From the NCBI GenBank assembly GCA_943788365.1, contig CALSPZ010000001.1:905970-969969 (forward strand): a stretch of 64,000 bases of DNA. Reading direction: 5' to 3'. The notes under the pieces were generated by a model. It was not told the origin of the DNA and ran no database searches. It saw only the letters and a list, made by a program, of their open reading frames with translations. The translations under genes were made by a program, and so were the position numbers. Origin of the DNA: an uncultured SAR86 cluster bacterium (lineage in GTDB: Bacteria > Pseudomonadota > Gammaproteobacteria > Magnimaribacterales > D2472). Positions 45,777-57,054 of the stretch are shown here, one piece after another. How positions within the stretch are numbered: position 1 is the stretch's first letter; the number at the start of each line of letters is the position of its first letter.

Positions 45777-48479
45777 CTAATGTGCTTCATTCCAATTTGC
45801 TCCTATTTGAGCATCTGCTATTAGTGGTATGTCCAACTGGGTTGCACTCTCCATCATTTCTTTCATAGTTTTTAAGGTCTCTTTTGCTTCTGGCTTTGGA
45901 GCCTCAAATATTAACTCGTCATGAACCTGCATAATCATTTTTACTTCTGGCATTTCTTTGAGTAAAAAACTATTAATATCAATCATTGCTTTTTTTATAA
46001 TGTCAGCTGCTGATCCTTGGAGCGGAGCATTAATGGCAGCCCTTTCTGCAGCCTGTCTTCTCAAACCATTTGCAGCGTTAATTTCATTTAAATATAGCCT
46101 TCTTCCCATAAGAGTTTCGACATACATATTTTCTTTAGCTTTTATTTTTGTATTCTCTATATAATCTTTAACGCCTGTATATCTCTCAAAGTAAGTGTCA
46201 AGGTATTGCTGTGCCTCTGCTCTTGGAATATCAAGCTGGCGCGTTAGCCCAAATGCAGACATGCCGTACATAAGGCCAAAATTTATTGCCTTTGCGCTTC
46301 TTCTTTGTTCAGAAGTAACTGCTTCAAGATCAGTATTAAAGACCTCTGCTGCTGTTGCTGAGTGGATATCTAAATTATTATTAAAAGCATGGGTTAGGTT
46401 TTTATCTTTTGATAAGTGAGCCATAATCCTTAGCTCTATTTGTGAATAGTCTGCAGAAATAAGAACATTGCCTTTCTCTGGGATAAATGCTTCTCTAATT
46501 CTTCTTCCTTCAGCGGTCTTAATAGGTATATTTTGTAAATTAGGCTCAGTAGATGAAAGTCTTCCAGTAGAGGTAACTGCTTGTTGATAAGATGTATGAA
46601 TCCTTTTTGTTTTTGGGTTCTCTATCTTGATAAGGCTGTCTGTATAAGTTGATTTTAATTTTGCTAACCCTCTGTATTCAAGAATTATTTTTGGGAGCTC
46701 ATACTCTTCGGATAGTCTTCTTAATGTCTCTTCGTTTGTTGATGGCTGGCCTTTTGGTGTTTTCTTTAATATTGGAAGTTTTAATTTTTGATATAAAACT
46801 TCTAACAACTGTTTAGGAGAGTCTAAATTAAATTCTCCTCCGGCTATTTTGAATGCTTCTGCTGATAACTTTTCTATTTTTTTTGATAGCTCTTCTGAGT
46901 GTGCAGCAAGCTTATCTTTATCAACCTTAGCCCCATTGGCCTCAACGCTTGCAAGTACATGAACTAATGGATATTCAATATTTTTTAAAAGCTCTTCCTG
47001 GGTTGGTTTGTCTTTGAGGAGGTTATTAAGCTTGTTGTATAGTCTTAATGTGATATCCGCGTCCTCTGCTGCATAGTTAGATGCAATATCAATATTAACA
47101 GCTGAAAAACTTATTTCTTTAGATGCTGTTCCTGCAACATCGGAATACTTTGTAGTTTGATAGTTAAGATAAAATTCAGCGAGCTTATCCATTCCATGTC
47201 TTGTTGCAGTGCTATTCAAAACATATGACATCAGCATGGTGTCTGCTAAAAACTTATCTAGAATAATTCCATGCCTTGATAGGATTGGTATATCAAATTT
47301 TAAATTCTGTCCTACGGCTTTATCAGCATTTCTCTCTATGCATTTACCTATAATTTCTTGAACTTTATCCAATTTTAATTGTTCTGGGCAATCATCATAT
47401 TTATGACCTATGGGTATGTAGCATCCAGAACCTTCATCGACTGATAAAGATATCCCAACTAAATTTGCTGTGATCGTATCAAGAGAATCTGTCTCTGTAT
47501 CAATTGCAAAATGGCTGCATTTATCAATGCTTTTTGCCCAGCCAGTCAAATCTTTTTCATTTAAAATGGTTTTATAGTTTAAATTTGTAGATGTTTTATG
47601 CTCTTCTAATTTAATTGCTTTGCTTTTTGTGCTTGGGCTATTTACCTGAGGTGCTTTAAAGCCAAGCTCTTCAAATAGCTTCAACAACCTTTCATTGTCG
47701 CCTTTTTGTTCAAGAAGGCTATTAAAAGACACTTTAATATCAACATCATTTTTAAGAGAAACAAGCTCTATGTTTCTATCCAAGTCGCCCAATGAAGATC
47801 TTAAGTTTTCGCCCACTTTGCCTTTGATGTTTTCAGCGTTTTCTATAATATTTGATATATCTCCAAATTCATTTAACCATTTTGCTGCTGTTTTAATGCC
47901 TACTTTTGGAACCCCCGGTATATTATCTGAAGTATCACCGACTAGAGCTAACATGTCTCTAATTTGAGTTGGCCTAACTCCAAATTTATCAAAGACCTTT
48001 TGTTCATCAAAAATTTGATGCGTCATGGTGTTCATCATAGTTGAGATAGGGTCCTCAACGAGTTGCATTAGATCTTTGTCGAGTGATGATATTACTGATT
48101 TAAAGCCCTTTTCTTTTGCAAGCCTTACCAGGGTTGCGATGACATCATCTGCCTCAACACCACCAATTTCTATTAAAGGAAAGCCTATTGCAATACAGAT
48201 CTCTTTTAGAGGAACTAATTGCTCTCTTAGATCATCTGGCATTGGGGGCCTATTGGCTTTATATTCACTATATACGTCTGACCTGAAGGTTTTTCCTTTG
48301 GCATCAAAAACAACAATGATTGGAGAGCCTTCGCTATCTTTTTTTAAAGTAGTCAACATATTAGTGACGCCTTTAATTGCTCCTGTTGGCTGACCAGATG
48401 GAGATGTTAGGGGAGGCATAGCATGATAAGCACGATAGAGATAAGACGAACCGTCAATAATAAAAATTCTATTTTTCAT
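45777..48479 (-). CDS. polA: DNA polymerase I
   Basis: 5'-nuclease domain (IIDGSSYLYRAYHA), 3'-5' exonuclease domain (FAIDTETDSL), and polymerase motifs (DYSQIELRIMAH, RRSAKAINFGLMYGMS, QVHDELIFE). Confidence 0.95.
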   Translation of the reverse strand: MKNRIFIIDGSSYLYRAYHAMPPLTSPSGQPTGAIKGVTNMLTTLKKDSEGSPIIVVFDAKGKTFRSDVYSEYKANRPPMPDDLREQLVPLKEICIAIGFPLIEIGGVEADDVIATLVRLAKEKGFKSVISSLDKDLMQLVEDPISTMMNTMTHQIFDEQKVFDKFGVRPTQIRDMLALVGDTSDNIPGVPKVGIKTAAKWLNEFGDISNIIENAENIKGKVGENLRSSLGDLDRNIELVSLKNDVDIKVSFNSLLEQKGDNERLLKLFEELGFKAPQVNSPSTKSKAIKLEEHKTSTNLNYKTILNEKDLTGWAKSIDKCSHFAIDTETDSLDTITANLVGISLSVDEGSGCYIPIGHKYDDCPEQLKLDKVQEIIGKCIERNADKAVGQNLKFDIPILSRHGIILDKFLADTMLMSYVLNSTATRHGMDKLAEFYLNYQTTKYSDVAGTASKEISFSAVNIDIASNYAAEDADITLRLYNKLNNLLKDKPTQEELLKNIEYPLVHVLASVEANGAKVDKDKLAAHSEELSKKIEKLSAEAFKIAGGEFNLDSPKQLLEVLYQKLKLPILKKTPKGQPSTNEETLRRLSEEYELPKIILEYRGLAKLKSTYTDSLIKIENPKTKRIHTSYQQAVTSTGRLSSTEPNLQNIPIKTAEGRRIREAFIPEKGNVLISADYSQIELRIMAHLSKDKNLTHAFNNNLDIHSATAAEVFNTDLEAVTSEQRRSAKAINFGLMYGMSAFGLTRQLDIPRAEAQQYLDTYFERYTGVKDYIENTKIKAKENMYVETLMGRRLYLNEINAANGLRRQAAERAAINAPLQGSAADIIKKAMIDINSFLLKEMPEVKMIMQVHDELIFEAPKPEAKETLKTMKEMMESATQLDIPLIADAQIGANWNEAH

Positions 48480-48551
48480 ATTAATGCCTAAATGGATATA
48501 TTATCGTCAATGTTTTTTTTATACTATAGATTCAAACCATTTAGAAAAACT

Positions 48552-49067
48552 ATGTTAAATAAAATCACAAACCTTATCAGAACAGTTTATCAAAACTATT
48601 TTGAATTAGGTGCAGGATTTGGAGCATTAATGATTGTTTGTATGGCTATTTTGATGGATAAGTTTATGTATCTTAATGCTTGTCCATTATGCATCATGAC
48701 TAGATATCTATTTTTGTTTATAGCCGCTGTCTCCTTCTTGGGATATTTCTTTAAAAAAATAAGATTTTTAACGAGATCTTTAACATCTCTTTTGGGCTTG
48801 CTTGGTGTAATAGTAAATTTAAGGCAAATATATCTTCAGAACTTATCACCAGAAGAAATTGCGTTATTGGCACCAAATTGTGGGATGCCTCTAGAAACGC
48901 AAATAGAGTTTTTTGGTTTCTATAATGGAATTATGAATGCTTTCCAGGGCGGTCCAACATGTGCAGAGGATGGGTGGAGATTTGTATTTAATTTATCTGA
49001 GTGGGCTCTTGTATTTTTTTTAGTATATATAACTTCTTCTCTATTCAAAATATTAAGCTCTAGATAG
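48552..49067 (+). CDS. dsbB: disulfide bond formation protein B
   Basis: Four TM segments, ACPLCIMTRY first Cys pair, and a periplasmic-loop Cys pair (PNCG...PTCAE). The start is set at MLNKITNL. Confidence 0.8.
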   Translation: MLNKITNLIRTVYQNYFELGAGFGALMIVCMAILMDKFMYLNACPLCIMTRYLFLFIAAVSFLGYFFKKIRFLTRSLTSLLGLLGVIVNLRQIYLQNLSPEEIALLAPNCGMPLETQIEFFGFYNGIMNAFQGGPTCAEDGWRFVFNLSEWALVFFLVYITSSLFKILSSR

Positions 49068-49239
49068 AATTTATGTAGCAAAGCTACAAGAAAAATAGCT
49101 TGTAAACACCTTTAAATCAACTTATTTATATTTTATTGACATAATAGTGTGATTGTTTTTTACTTCACTACATAAAATTATATTTCTAACATATTAATCT
49201 TATGCTATATAAATCAATCATCTTAATACCTATAATAAA

Positions 49240-50784
49240 ATGAACATGGACTCAAAAATAAATCACATGCATGAGCTTTCGAATGAGGAGCTTATAAGCG
49301 CTGCTATTAAAAATAAAGAAGGAATTATTGCCTCTAATGGCGCTCTTACAACTCAAACAGGCTCCAGAACTGGAAGGAGTCCAAATGATAGATTTATTGT
49401 TAAAGAGGCATCTACGCAAAATGATATTGATTGGGGCCCAATTAATAAGCCTTTTGATGAAGATAAATTTAATCTGCTATGGAGTAAGGTGGAAAACTAT
49501 TTAGATTCAAAAGAAACATATATTTCCCATGTTCATGTTGGCTCACATGATGACCATTATCTTCCTATAAAGGTTAGAACTGAGACTGCATGGCATGGAT
49601 TATTTTCTAAGTTAATATTTGTAGTTCCTGAAATATTCAACTCAAAAAAGAAAAACGAGTGGCAAATTTTGAGTGCAGCAAATTTTAAGTGTAATTCAAA
49701 AGTTGATGGCACATATTCTGATGGATGTGTAATCATTAATTTTTCACAAAAAAAAGTTTTACTTGCAGGCATGAAATATGCAGGTGAGATGAAAAAATCA
49801 ATGTTTTCAATACAAAATTTTTTATTGCCTGAAAAAGATGTCTTGCCAATGCACTGTTCTGCAAATGTTAATAAAGACGGAAAAGTAGCTTTATTCTTTG
49901 GCTTGTCAGGCACAGGCAAAACTACTCTTTCTGCAGATCCGACGTGTTCACTTATTGGAGATGATGAGCATGGATGGGGTCCAGGAAGTGTGTTTAATTT
50001 TGAAGGTGGTTGCTATGCTAAAACAATAGACCTTTCTGAAAAAAATGAGCCAGTAATCTTCAAAGCAATAAAACATGGCAGCATTATTGAAAATGTTTAT
50101 CTTGATACCAATTTAACTCCAGATTATTACAACACTTCTCTTTCAGAGAATGGAAGGGTTTGTTATCCAAGATCTCATATTGATGGAGCTGTTCCAGAAA
50201 ACGCATCTGGAGAGCCTGAAACAGTTATATTTTTAACTTGTGACCTTACTGGTGTTATGCCGCCGGTGTCCATCTTATCTAAAGAGGCTGCGGCTTATCA
50301 TTTTTTGAGCGGTTATACTGCAAAAGTTGGGTCAACAGAAATTGGGTCAACTTCCTCAATTGAGTCTGCGTTCTCAACTTGCTTTGGGGCGCCATTTTTT
50401 CCTAGACCGGCAGGTGTCTATGCTGACTTGCTAATGAAAAGGATGGAATCCTTTGGGTCTAAAGTTTTCTTAGTAAATACCGGATGGACAGGTGGTCCGC
50501 ATGGAGTTGGGTCAAGATTTAGTATACCTACAACGAGAAGAATAGTTAATGCTATACAAAATGGCGAACTTGCCAATGTTGAAACAACTCACCTCTCTGG
50601 TTTAAATCTAGACGTTCCTCAGCAATTAGATGGTGTTGATAAAACAATTTTAAATCCCAGAAATACATGGGATGACAAAGATGCATATGATGCTGAAATG
50701 AAAAAACTTATTAAAAAATTTAAAGAGAACTTTAAAAAATTTGATCTTAGTGAAAATATTATAGCTGCTGGCCCAGATTTCTAA
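49240..50784 (+). CDS. pckA: phosphoenolpyruvate carboxykinase (ATP)
   Basis: [21 protein letters not shown] and IGDDEHGW motifs. Confidence 0.95.
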   Translation: MNMDSKINHMHELSNEELISAAIKNKEGIIASNGALTTQTGSRTGRSPNDRFIVKEASTQNDIDWGPINKPFDEDKFNLLWSKVENYLDSKETYISHVHVGSHDDHYLPIKVRTETAWHGLFSKLIFVVPEIFNSKKKNEWQILSAANFKCNSKVDGTYSDGCVIINFSQKKVLLAGMKYAGEMKKSMFSIQNFLLPEKDVLPMHCSANVNKDGKVALFFGLSGTGKTTLSADPTCSLIGDDEHGWGPGSVFNFEGGCYAKTIDLSEKNEPVIFKAIKHGSIIENVYLDTNLTPDYYNTSLSENGRVCYPRSHIDGAVPENASGEPETVIFLTCDLTGVMPPVSILSKEAAAYHFLSGYTAKVGSTEIGSTSSIESAFSTCFGAPFFPRPAGVYADLLMKRMESFGSKVFLVNTGWTGGPHGVGSRFSIPTTRRIVNAIQNGELANVETTHLSGLNLDVPQQLDGVDKTILNPRNTWDDKDAYDAEMKKLIKKFKENFKKFDLSENIIAAGPDF

Positions 50785-52295
50785 TGGCTATAGCTGATTT
50801 TGATGTAAAGCTTAATCAGCTCCAAGCAGCCGGATTTTTTAATTCAATTGAGATACATAGAGGAATAGAGAAAGAATCACTGAGAGTAGACAGTTCTGGA
50901 TGTATTTCTAAAACAGATCATCCGAAAAGTTTAGGGTCTCCATTAACAAACCCATCGATTACCACTGATTTTGCAGAATCATTAATTGAACTAGTTACCC
51001 CAACCTTTTCTTCTGTAGATGATTTATATGAGTATCTTCTTCAACTACATGTTTTTGTGAGCCGTAATTTAGAAGGAGAAACTTTATGGCCTTACTCAAT
51101 GCCTCCCAGAATAGAAAATGAAGATTCTATTAAGCTTGCTAAATACTCGGATACAAAAAACGGAAAAATTAAGGAAGTCTATAGGAGGGGATTAAAAGAA
51201 AGATATGGCTCGTCAATGCAATGTATTGCAGGTATACATTTTAATTTTTCTCTTAGCCAAACATCATTATCTTTTCTATCAAATACAAATGAGCAAAAAG
51301 ATATTGATGAGGCCTATCTTGGTTTAATAAGAAATTTTAAAAGACACTATTGGTTTATTCTTTCGGTTTTTGGTGCCTCGCCAGTTGTTGATAAAACTTT
51401 TCTTAACGGGAAAAGTCATTCTCTAGAAAAATTTGGTGAAGAAAACTATTATTTGCCTTACTCAACTTCATTAAGGATGAGCGACTTAGGTTACAAAAGT
51501 TTTGCTCAAAAAAATATGGATATTAGATATGACTCTTTAAGTGAGTTTCTGGCAAAAATAAGGGATGCTATTTTAACTCCTTATAAAAAATTTGAAGATA
51601 TTGGATTAAAAGATAATAAAGAATGGTTGCAAATTTCAACTGGCAGGCTTCAAATTGAAAATGAGTATTATGACTCTATTCGGCCAAAAAGAGTGGGAAG
51701 AGATGGCTTGCGGCCTCATGAGGTATTAGTTTCTGATGGAATAGAATATGTTGAGGTTAGAGGCATAGACCTTTCCCCAAATGAACCTGTTGGTATTTCT
51801 AAAGATCAAATAAGGCTTGTAGATCTAGTTTTATTGTTTTGCATAATATCTGATAGTCCTAAAATCAATGGTGATGAAATGCTTCAAATTAAACAGACTG
51901 AAAAAAATGTTGTTGATATTGGAAATAACAAGGCTTGTGAAGTTTTTAGTAATGGTGCAAAAATGAATATTTCAGAAGCTAAAAAAGATATAACAATAGA
52001 GTTGGAAAAAATTGCCAAATGCATGCCAGAAAAAGAGAAGTACTTGAGAGCGCTAAATTGTATTACTAATAGAAATGGTATCTTGAAATCTCTTAACCAT
52101 GGAGAAATTTCTTTTTCAGAATATGGACTATTAACATCTAAGCTTCACGGCTCTTACTTTGATTCACTGTCTAATATTGATTTGTTAAGTTTTGAAGAAG
52201 AAGCTAACGCATCTTTGATGAATTTTGATAAACTCATTAAAGATAATATTGAGGATATTGATGAGTTTATTAGATCTTATAATAAAAAACTTTAA
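50784..52295 (+). CDS. gshA: glutamate-cysteine ligase
   Basis: RGIEKESLRV, TTDFAESLIELVTP and GIHFNFS motifs; about 500 aa. Confidence 0.9.
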   Translation: MAIADFDVKLNQLQAAGFFNSIEIHRGIEKESLRVDSSGCISKTDHPKSLGSPLTNPSITTDFAESLIELVTPTFSSVDDLYEYLLQLHVFVSRNLEGETLWPYSMPPRIENEDSIKLAKYSDTKNGKIKEVYRRGLKERYGSSMQCIAGIHFNFSLSQTSLSFLSNTNEQKDIDEAYLGLIRNFKRHYWFILSVFGASPVVDKTFLNGKSHSLEKFGEENYYLPYSTSLRMSDLGYKSFAQKNMDIRYDSLSEFLAKIRDAILTPYKKFEDIGLKDNKEWLQISTGRLQIENEYYDSIRPKRVGRDGLRPHEVLVSDGIEYVEVRGIDLSPNEPVGISKDQIRLVDLVLLFCIISDSPKINGDEMLQIKQTEKNVVDIGNNKACEVFSNGAKMNISEAKKDITIELEKIAKCMPEKEKYLRALNCITNRNGILKSLNHGEISFSEYGLLTSKLHGSYFDSLSNIDLLSFEEEANASLMNFDKLIKDNIEDIDEFIRSYNKKL

Positions 52296-52304
52296 GGAGA
52301 ATAT

Positions 52305-53312
52305 ATGAAAGCGCTTCAGTGCATAGAGCTTGGCGGTCCTGATAAATTACAAGTTAATGAAATACCTGATCCAGTGATTGCTGCTGAGCATGTCATTATT
52401 GATCTAAAGGCCGCGAGTATAAATTTTCCTGATGTCCTTATGATTCAAGGCTTATATCAGTTTCAACCACCTTTACCATTTATACCAGGAGGCGAGGCAG
52501 CTGGTATTATTGCTGAAGTAGGTGAGGGGGTTACAGATTTTAAGGTTGGAGATAAGGTATTTGCAGCGTCAATGACAGGAGGTGTAGCAGAGAAACTTTT
52601 AGCTCATCAGTCTATGTTAAGAGCTATTCCAGATGATATGGATTATGAAATTGCAGCAGCTTTATCTGTAACATACGGGACATCACTTTATGCTTTAAAA
52701 CAAAGAGCAAATATTCAACCAGGAGAGACATTGTTGGTTCTTGGAGCGTCGGGCGGGGTTGGTCTTGCAACAATACAGTTGGGGAAAGCGATGGGGGCTA
52801 AAGTTATAGCCGCAGCTTCATCGCAAGAAAAAATTGATATATGTCTAGCAAATGGAGCAGATGAAGCATTTATATATCCCTCAGGAAACCTATCAAGAGA
52901 TGAGCAAAAAGAACTTTCAAATAAAGTTAAAGAGCTAACAGGCGGCCTTGGTCCCAATGTTATCTATGATCCTGTTGGTGGAAGCTATGCAGAGCCCTGT
53001 TTGAGATCTATAGCATGGGAAGGAAGATATTTAGTTATTGGGTTTGCTGCTGGAGCAGATCAAATTCCGAAAATGCCTTTAAATTTAACTCTTTTAAAAG
53101 GCTGTCAGATAGTTGGAGTTTTTTGGGGCGCCTGGGTTGGAATGTTTCCTGATGAGAATAAAGCAAATTTCAATGAACTATTTGAACTATACTCAAATGG
53201 CAAAATTGACCCTACTCCCTCTGACAGGTTTAGTTTAGATAGCTCGGCAGATGCTATTGCACACCTTGCCAACAGAAAAGCAAAAGGCAAAGTAATTGTT
53301 AAGATAGATTAA
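52305..53312 (+). CDS. NADPH:quinone oxidoreductase family protein (MDR superfamily)
   Basis: The GGEAAGII..VGDKV substrate domain and the GASGGVGLATIQLGKAMGAKV Rossmann motif. Confidence 0.85.
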   Translation: MKALQCIELGGPDKLQVNEIPDPVIAAEHVIIDLKAASINFPDVLMIQGLYQFQPPLPFIPGGEAAGIIAEVGEGVTDFKVGDKVFAASMTGGVAEKLLAHQSMLRAIPDDMDYEIAAALSVTYGTSLYALKQRANIQPGETLLVLGASGGVGLATIQLGKAMGAKVIAAASSQEKIDICLANGADEAFIYPSGNLSRDEQKELSNKVKELTGGLGPNVIYDPVGGSYAEPCLRSIAWEGRYLVIGFAAGADQIPKMPLNLTLLKGCQIVGVFWGAWVGMFPDENKANFNELFELYSNGKIDPTPSDRFSLDSSADAIAHLANRKAKGKVIVKID

Positions 53313-53947
53313 TTACTTGTAATTGACTGATAGGTTAATGACAGTCTTGAGGTTGTGAAAGGCGGTCTAAAAAATCCTGCAAAATCTGCATCCGGATTAA
53401 TAAGAATAATATTATTAACATGTTGGTCTAGATGGCTATGATCCATATGGTTCGAAGACGGCATAGTATTATTTACAGCCAATTGCGTTGCTAGGCTAAG
53501 AAGCATTGGCCTTGAACTTCTGACTCCTATAAAGTCTTCCGAAAACCCCTTTGCATATTTATCAATTGAGTCTGGCGTGTCTCTCTCTGGATCAATTGAA
53601 ACCAAAACCCATTGCTTGTCTTCTAAAGGGTAGTTTTTATCTTTAAGAACATTTAATAATTTAGACATTTCATACATCGTTGTGGGACACTCATCGGGGC
53701 AATTTGTAAAACCAAAATACATCAAGGTCCATTTTCCTTTTAAGTCCTCTTTGGTAAAAGTTTTACTATTTCCAGAAAAGAATTCAAATTCTGAAATTTC
53801 CTTAGGTTTGTCAAAAAGAAAGAGTCCGTTGATAAGGAGCTCATTTTTGTCAAGGATTCTTGGTGTTGTGAGCTTATTTACAAATAAGGTCATAACAATA
53901 GTAATAAAAACAAAGATTAGTAAGATGTTTAAGTTAACTCTTTTCAT
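53309..53947 (-). CDS. SCO1/SenC copper chaperone
   Basis: N-terminal anchor, FGFTNCPDECP CxxxC motif on a thioredoxin-like fold, at the end of the cox cluster. Confidence 0.85.
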   Translation of the reverse strand: MKRVNLNILLIFVFITIVMTLFVNKLTTPRILDKNELLINGLFLFDKPKEISEFEFFSGNSKTFTKEDLKGKWTLMYFGFTNCPDECPTTMYEMSKLLNVLKDKNYPLEDKQWVLVSIDPERDTPDSIDKYAKGFSEDFIGVRSSRPMLLSLATQLAVNNTMPSSNHMDHSHLDQHVNNIILINPDADFAGFFRPPFTTSRLSLTYQSITSN

Positions 53948-53951
53948 AGGT

Positions 53952-54821
53952 TTATAAAATAAAATGGTCTGTTAGCAAAGCTACAAAAATTAAAAAGATG
54001 TAATAGATAGAATATGTAAAAGTTTTCATTGCATATTCATCCCCCTCTCCAAGATATAGCTTGATTGAGTAATATAAGAAAATGGAGCTTAGAATAAATG
54101 CTGATACCAAATATATGACTCCAGACATTAAAACTATATATGGCAAGAGGCTCACTAAAAATAAAATGATGGTATAGAGAACAATCTGAAGTTTGGTAAA
54201 AGCGACTCCGTGTGTGACGGGCAGCATTGGAATTGATTCTTTGGCGTACTCGTCTTTTCTATAAATAGCTAAGGCCCAGAAGTGAGGAGGCGTCCAAATA
54301 AAAATTATCAATACCAATAAAAGTGAATAGGGGTCAATTGAATTTGTAATTGAAACCCAGCCCAGAAGTGGCGGGGCTGCTCCCGCTAGGCCGCCAATTA
54401 CAATGTTTTGTGGTGTAGCTCTTTTTAAATAAACTGTATATATAAAAGCATAGCCAATTAAAGAAGCTATTGTTAAATACATGGTTAAAGTATTTACAAA
54501 TACATAAAGTATTATTGATCCGAGAAGGCCTATGACAAGTGCAAAAATTGAAGCATGCAATGGGCTTATGTCGCCCTGTGGCAAAGGCCTCTTATCTGTT
54601 CTATTCATTGATGCGTCTGCATTTCTATCTATAACCTGATTAATCGCAGCTGCTGAGCCAGAACAAAGCGCTATGCCTAGAAGGGCTATAAACATATAAG
54701 AGATTGATGGGACTGTTTCTTGTGCAAGAAGCATTCCAACTACGGCTGTAATTAACATCATATAAACTACATTAGGCTTACATAGTGTGTAATAACTTTT
54801 TAATAAGTTCATTTTTTCCAA
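53952..54821 (-). CDS. cyoE: protohaem IX farnesyltransferase (haem O synthase)
   Basis: UbiA-family polytopic protein with NQVIDRNADASMNRTDKRPLP motif. Confidence 0.9.
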   Translation of the reverse strand: MEKMNLLKSYYTLCKPNVVYMMLITAVVGMLLAQETVPSISYMFIALLGIALCSGSAAAINQVIDRNADASMNRTDKRPLPQGDISPLHASIFALVIGLLGSIILYVFVNTLTMYLTIASLIGYAFIYTVYLKRATPQNIVIGGLAGAAPPLLGWVSITNSIDPYSLLLVLIIFIWTPPHFWALAIYRKDEYAKESIPMLPVTHGVAFTKLQIVLYTIILFLVSLLPYIVLMSGVIYLVSAFILSSIFLYYSIKLYLGEGDEYAMKTFTYSIYYIFLIFVALLTDHFIL

Positions 54822-55783
54822 GCCAAGTAATTAACTGTTATTGTTCCCAAAAGCAGTGAGGCGGCTATAAGATTGTGCGCTATTGCAACATAAAGCGGCA
54901 GTACATATATCACATTAATAATCCCTAAAGATATTTGTGTTAGCAAAAGAATTCCAAGTGTCGAAGCAAGAGGTGCTGCTGCAGAAAACCAGAGTTTTGA
55001 CATTAAGACTAAAAAAACAATAGTTACTAAAATTGCAGATATTCTATGAGAGTAATGTATTGCAACCCTCGCTGAATTGTCTAAAAGGCCATATAGATAA
55101 TTGGGGCCAACTTCTTGGCTAAGATTAAATCCTTGTTTGAAATCCATTTCTGGATAATAGGTTCCTTGGCAGGTTGGAAAGTCTACGCATGCTAAAGATG
55201 CGTAGTTTGTACTTGTCCAGGCTCCTAGAAATATCTGAAATAGTAAAATAATCATTGCTAGTATAGATATTCCTTTTAGGTGAGGAATCCTCATTTGATC
55301 AAGAATTTTAAAGTCGCCTGCTTTTAAGAAAATTAGATAAAAAAGACTTAATGTGAAAAACCCTCCAAAGAGGTGCCCTGTCACTATAATTGGGAGGAGC
55401 TTTAGACTGACTGTTAAATACCCAAATAGGCCTTGGCAACATATAAAAATTAGAAGCCCAAGAGACCACCAATGTAGAGATTTATTTCCTTTATATTTGA
55501 AAGAAATGTAAGTTAATAAAATTGCTACAAACCCAAGAGTTGCAGCAAAATATCTATGAACAACTTCTGGAATCGCCTTGTTTATATCGTAAGGAAAAGA
55601 TGGAAATCTACTTTCTGCAAGAGCAATCTCGGCCGCATCAGTTGGAAATACTACAAACCCATAACAACCGGGCCAATCAGGACATCCCAAACCAGCATCA
55701 ACTAGCCTAGTCCATGCCCCTAAGGCAATTACTATAAAAGCAAAGCAAACTCCAAAGAGTGATAAATTTTTTATGTTATTCAT
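54809..55783 (-). CDS. ctaA: haem A synthase (COX15/CtaA)
   Basis: Eight TM segments, conserved His in the HR.. motifs (EVVHRYFA, HYSHRISA), GCPDWPGC near the N-terminus, and its position between surf1 and cyoE. Confidence 0.85.
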   Translation of the reverse strand: MNNIKNLSLFGVCFAFIVIALGAWTRLVDAGLGCPDWPGCYGFVVFPTDAAEIALAESRFPSFPYDINKAIPEVVHRYFAATLGFVAILLTYISFKYKGNKSLHWWSLGLLIFICCQGLFGYLTVSLKLLPIIVTGHLFGGFFTLSLFYLIFLKAGDFKILDQMRIPHLKGISILAMIILLFQIFLGAWTSTNYASLACVDFPTCQGTYYPEMDFKQGFNLSQEVGPNYLYGLLDNSARVAIHYSHRISAILVTIVFLVLMSKLWFSAAAPLASTLGILLLTQISLGIINVIYVLPLYVAIAHNLIAASLLLGTITVNYLAWKK

Positions 55784-56331
55784 TAAATTAGTACCTTTAA
55801 GTCTTTAAGTATTTTTTTAGGATCTGTATCTGGCGGGAAGAACATAACTGCTCTACCGTATGGGTCAATAATGAAGATAGGATTTTGATTATTCATATCT
55901 ATTGATGAATTTCGCTGAAGGACATTTAAAAGCATTCCGTTCTCATCTTTAAAATTTTCAGTTCTGGGATACTCTTTTAAAAGATCTTTTAATTCATTTT
56001 CTATTAAAGCGTTTGAAAAGAATGTAAGTCTTCTGGCTTTATAAATATCTCTATTTAAAGCAACATTTAGCTGCCTCATAAAATAAATTGAGTCTTTAGC
56101 CTTATCTATATCAGTTACATATACTGCTAAAACCCATTTGCCATCATCAAATTTTAAATCATTGTCATTATTGCTGATCGAAAATTGATCAAAGTTAAAA
56201 TAATCCTTAAAAAAGACCCCATTATTGTTTGTGTTTGATGGAGATATGCCTGCAGAAAAAAATAAAGATGAGGCTATAACAACCGCGATTGGTGTAAAAA
56301 GAATTATTGATAGTAGTATTTTATTTTTCAT
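55783..56331 (-). CDS. conserved hypothetical membrane-anchored protein of the cox biogenesis cluster (SCO-like fold without Cys)
   Basis: N-terminal TM segment. The C-terminal IFIIDPYGRAVMFF...ILKDLKVL resembles the SCO/thioredoxin-like C-terminus, but there is no CxxxC. A hypothetical gene lies at the same position between SURF1 and COX15 in Pseudomonas. Confidence 0.4.
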   Translation of the reverse strand: MKNKILLSIILFTPIAVVIASSLFFSAGISPSNTNNNGVFFKDYFNFDQFSISNNDNDLKFDDGKWVLAVYVTDIDKAKDSIYFMRQLNVALNRDIYKARRLTFFSNALIENELKDLLKEYPRTENFKDENGMLLNVLQRNSSIDMNNQNPIFIIDPYGRAVMFFPPDTDPKKILKDLKVLI

Positions 56332-57019
56332 ATTTTCTCCCAGCCCATATAAACATAAAGCATAAGGCTAAAAACATGGTAAACCACTGCAAGGCATAAC
56401 CATAATGCTTTGAGGGTGTCATATTAGTTGGTGTAATTTTAATATATTCAAGACTATCTTTCAGCGTTGGTTCGGCAATTAGCAGAAAGGGGAATAGTTC
56501 ATATTCAAAAGCCTCTTTTAAAACTTCAATATTTTTTGATTGAGATACCTTTGGCCAATCTTTAGTTATTAATTCTTCTGATAATACGAACCCTAGCTCA
56601 GGGCTATCAAGGGTTCCATAAACCTCAATTATAGATTCATCAATGCTAATATCTGGAAGCTTGTCTCTATTATTACCAGCAGGAACCCAGCCTCTATCAA
56701 CAAGAACTATTCTATCCAAACTATTCGAAATGAGGGGAGTTAATACTTTATACCCAGCAATACCTTTATAAATAGTATTATCGATCAAGATTTGATTCTT
56801 ATTATCAAACTTTCCCTTAACGGATACTCTCTGCCATTTGCTCGAACTATCTTGAAGTGCTTGAGGGTCTTTTTCTCCTGCAGAGTTGTAAGCTTGTAAA
56901 ATTTTAGATTTTGACTGGCCTCTTTCTATTTGCCAAACACCTAGGGCGATAAAGACAATAGAAAAGAAAATAAAAAATATAGTAATCTTTGCTCCTGGTT
57001 TAAATTTAATATTCTTCAT
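56321..57019 (-). CDS. SURF1 family cytochrome oxidase assembly protein
   Basis: Two terminal TM segments, LGVWQIERG near the N-terminus, VDRGWVP, and HYGYALQWF near the C-terminus. Confidence 0.85.
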   Translation of the reverse strand: MKNIKFKPGAKITIFFIFFSIVFIALGVWQIERGQSKSKILQAYNSAGEKDPQALQDSSSKWQRVSVKGKFDNKNQILIDNTIYKGIAGYKVLTPLISNSLDRIVLVDRGWVPAGNNRDKLPDISIDESIIEVYGTLDSPELGFVLSEELITKDWPKVSQSKNIEVLKEAFEYELFPFLLIAEPTLKDSLEYIKITPTNMTPSKHYGYALQWFTMFLALCFMFIWAGRKYEK

Positions 57020-57054
57020 ATCTATATATTCACGATTAATTTAAAATAAGTAAT

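Noticed and set aside
49076-49089. A 14-nt exact repeat, TAGCAAAGCTACAA, also present at 53973-53986.
   Set aside because: A handful of 14-mer coincidences are expected by chance in 64 kb of AT-biased sequence when both strands are considered. The second copy is inside ctaB coding sequence, and the flanks do not extend the match.
49068-49239. Structured element or small gene in the 172-bp dsbB/pckA gap.
   Set aside because: There are only short AT-rich hairpins (TGTAGC-AAA-GCTACA and TACAAG-N8-CTTGTA) with no T-tract, plus a plausible pckA promoter (TTGACA-17-TTTACT). There is no ORF and no GC-rich structure.
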